Assembly (NCBI RefSeq): GCF_041956535.1
Contig: NW_027192196.1
Coordinates: 514,921 to 578,920 of the forward strand
Origin: Calcarisporiella thermophila CBS 279.70
Lineage: Eukaryota; Fungi; Calcarisporiellomycota
DNA length: 64,000 nt
Direction: 5' to 3'
Shown: positions 62,501-64,000 of the stretch, piece after piece
Layout of the letters: every line of letters starts with the position of its first letter
Numbering within the stretch: position 1 is the stretch's first letter
Notes under the pieces: generated by a model
Told to the model about the DNA's origin: nothing
The model's database searches: none
The model's input: only the letters and a program-made list of their open reading frames with translations
Translations under genes and position numbers: made by a program

Positions 62501-63015
62501 ACTGATTTTATTAAAGTTTTTGTGCTTTTCTTTTTTTTTTTCCATTTTGATCCATTTCCCCCCCCCCCCCCACTTTTGATATCGATTTCGTCTTGCTTTG
62601 CCATTGAAGGCGTTCGTTATTTATTTTATGTTATACTACACACACATATAAACAAGTCGATGTATTTTATTTCGCGCGGCCGAAGTAGGTTTCATTGGTC
62701 GGCGAGAGGAGAAGGAAATAATGGGCAGCGCTTGAATATCGGGTAGTAGAAACAAATAGCAGACAAAAAACAGCACAAGAAGAGAGGAAGCGACATCACA
62801 TGCAAAAGAGGGGAAAAACCGTGGTGGATTAAGGGAAAAGAGGGAAACGAAGGAAAAAACGAAGAGCAACATTAAATAAGTCGAGAGATAAAGAATATAA
62901 AAAAAAGAGTCTGACTAGATAGTAAAAGAGAAAAACATTGATCCAACCAAAAACTGAGAAAAAAAAAAATAAAAGTGTCTATGATGGGGACGATACAAAG
63001 TCCGTTGTGAAGGGT

Positions 63016-64000
63016 TTATTTCCTCTCATACTCCACTCGAATCTTCACAAACAGAGTGCTGAACAAGCATCGCTCCCCGTTGGCGTCGTAAAGCGGGAGG
63101 TGGCGATATCCCTCGGGAATCCCCACCAGCGGCATGCAACACCACGCCACCACGTCGTTCATCTTGAGGTCCCGGTCCATCACGTGGAACCGCAGCATCA
63201 AAAGCTCGGGGAGCTCGACGTCGTTCAGAGTGAACTGCACCACCTCATTCCAGGTCGGGTTGAATCCATTGTCCGTCACGGACTTGGACTGATACCGCAA
63301 CGCCACCCCATGTCCAAAGATCTCAATGGAACAAAAGGGGTCGATGACATCGGACGTGCTCACGTCCACAGGACGAGGCAGCTGCTGCGCCGATATCAGG
63401 TGAATCTCCACATGGCGCGGGCATGGTGCTTCCCATGGAGTTTCCTCCTCGGACGGCTCTGGCACCTCGCTTTTGGCTCTCAGAGCCTTGGGCTTGAGCA
63501 CGTACCCCGTTTTCCCGTTCTTCCGAAACATGGCTCGGTTGATTTGCATCCCGCGGTCGAACGTCTGGTAGTTCAACGCGACAAACTGGCATCCCACCGC
63601 CCACAGCGGCAGAGGATCGTAGTTCGACGAGTTGATGCGCAAACCTCCTGGGTATACCCGCGAGAGATATCGTCTGTTGTATTGCACGAAAGCCTCACGA
63701 TTCGACTTGGCCAGACGGAGTGCGGTGCGTTCCGAAAACGAGGAGATCTGGAACTCGTCCTTAACCACTACGAAGGAAGGAGAGAGAGAGAAAAAAAAGG
63801 GGGGAGGGGGGGGGGATCGGTGAGTTTGGCATGGTCTACAGATGGATAGGCGCTCGCAGGGAGCATGGGGGACTCGCGACCTACTTTGAAAGCCTTTGAA
63901 TTTCTTGGCCTTGCAGTACACGACCACGTTCGACAGGGCCTTGGAGATCTTTTGCTCGCCCTTCTCCTCCTTGCTGGACCGCCTCTTCTTCGCCGACTCA
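63016..64000 (-). CDS. PLC1: Phosphoinositide phospholipase C, 3' part (Y-box and C2 domain)
   Basis: LSRVYPGGLRINSSNYDP, GCQFVALNYQTFD, GYVLKP, C2 domain ISAQQLP...DNGFNPTWNE, GYRHLPL. Confidence 0.95.
   Translation of the reverse strand, partial: ESAKKRRSSKEEKGEQKISKALSNVVVYCKAKKFKGFQSRSRVPHAPCERLSICRPCQTHRSPPPPPFFFSLSPSFVVVKDEFQISSFSERTALRLAKSNREAFVQYNRRYLSRVYPGGLRINSSNYDPLPLWAVGCQFVALNYQTFDRGMQINRAMFRKNGKTGYVLKPKALRAKSEVPEPSEEETPWEAPCPRHVEIHLISAQQLPRPVDVSTSDVIDPFCSIEIFGHGVALRYQSKSVTDNGFNPTWNEVVQFTLNDVELPELLMLRFHVMDRDLKMNDVVAWCCMPLVGIPEGYRHLPLYDANGERCLFSTLFVKIRVEYERK

Noticed and set aside
62938-63849. 303-aa plus-strand ORF
   Set aside because: Antisense to the PLC Y-box/C2 exon, with no motifs of its own.
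3265-64000. Apparent stress/signalling gene cluster (MscS, CSP, Hsp104, G-alpha, CNB1, HSF, PLC)
   Set aside because: The genes are dispersed among unrelated housekeeping genes in mixed orientation. Nothing in the sequence shows co-regulation; synteny data would be needed.
1-64000. CRISPR arrays, rRNA or complete tRNA genes
   Set aside because: None seen. The sequence is eukaryotic and has no repeat-spacer arrays or full cloverleaf that I could identify by eye.

Overview
Gene-dense, intron-rich (mostly 60-100 nt GT-AG introns) fungal genomic DNA, most likely an early-diverging Mucoromycota fungus. The intronless Hsp104 matches, from memory, the Calcarisporiella thermophila protein; this needs a BLAST check. 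About 28 protein-coding genes can be reconstructed: MFS transporter (partial), CBM48 protein, MscS channel, kinesin-1, cold-shock protein, DHHC palmitoyltransferase, SNF2 helicase, NAK kinase, Hsp104, G-alpha, LIM-RhoGAP, PRELI protein, forkhead-like protein, EamA transporter, Pho80-type cyclin, PILS transporter, CoA-binding protein, TM-RING-H2, aftiphilin/Laa2-like protein, TBC protein, calcineurin B, a small secreted peptide, PCD, HSF, NAD kinase and PI-PLC (partial). A decayed island at about 45.9-49.6 kb holds an aldo-keto reductase pseudogene and a 747-bp Tc1 relic with TIRs and TA target duplications. The best candidates for undescribed biology need manual splicing to see. (1) An NAD kinase spliced in frame to an N-terminal PB1 domain. 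(2) A 55-aa Kex2-processed secreted peptide with a C-x6-C loop. (3) An intron-containing MscS channel of apparently bacterial type. (4) A membrane-associated glycogen-binding protein with overlapping PY and LIR motifs. All gene models are manual, and no database search was run.
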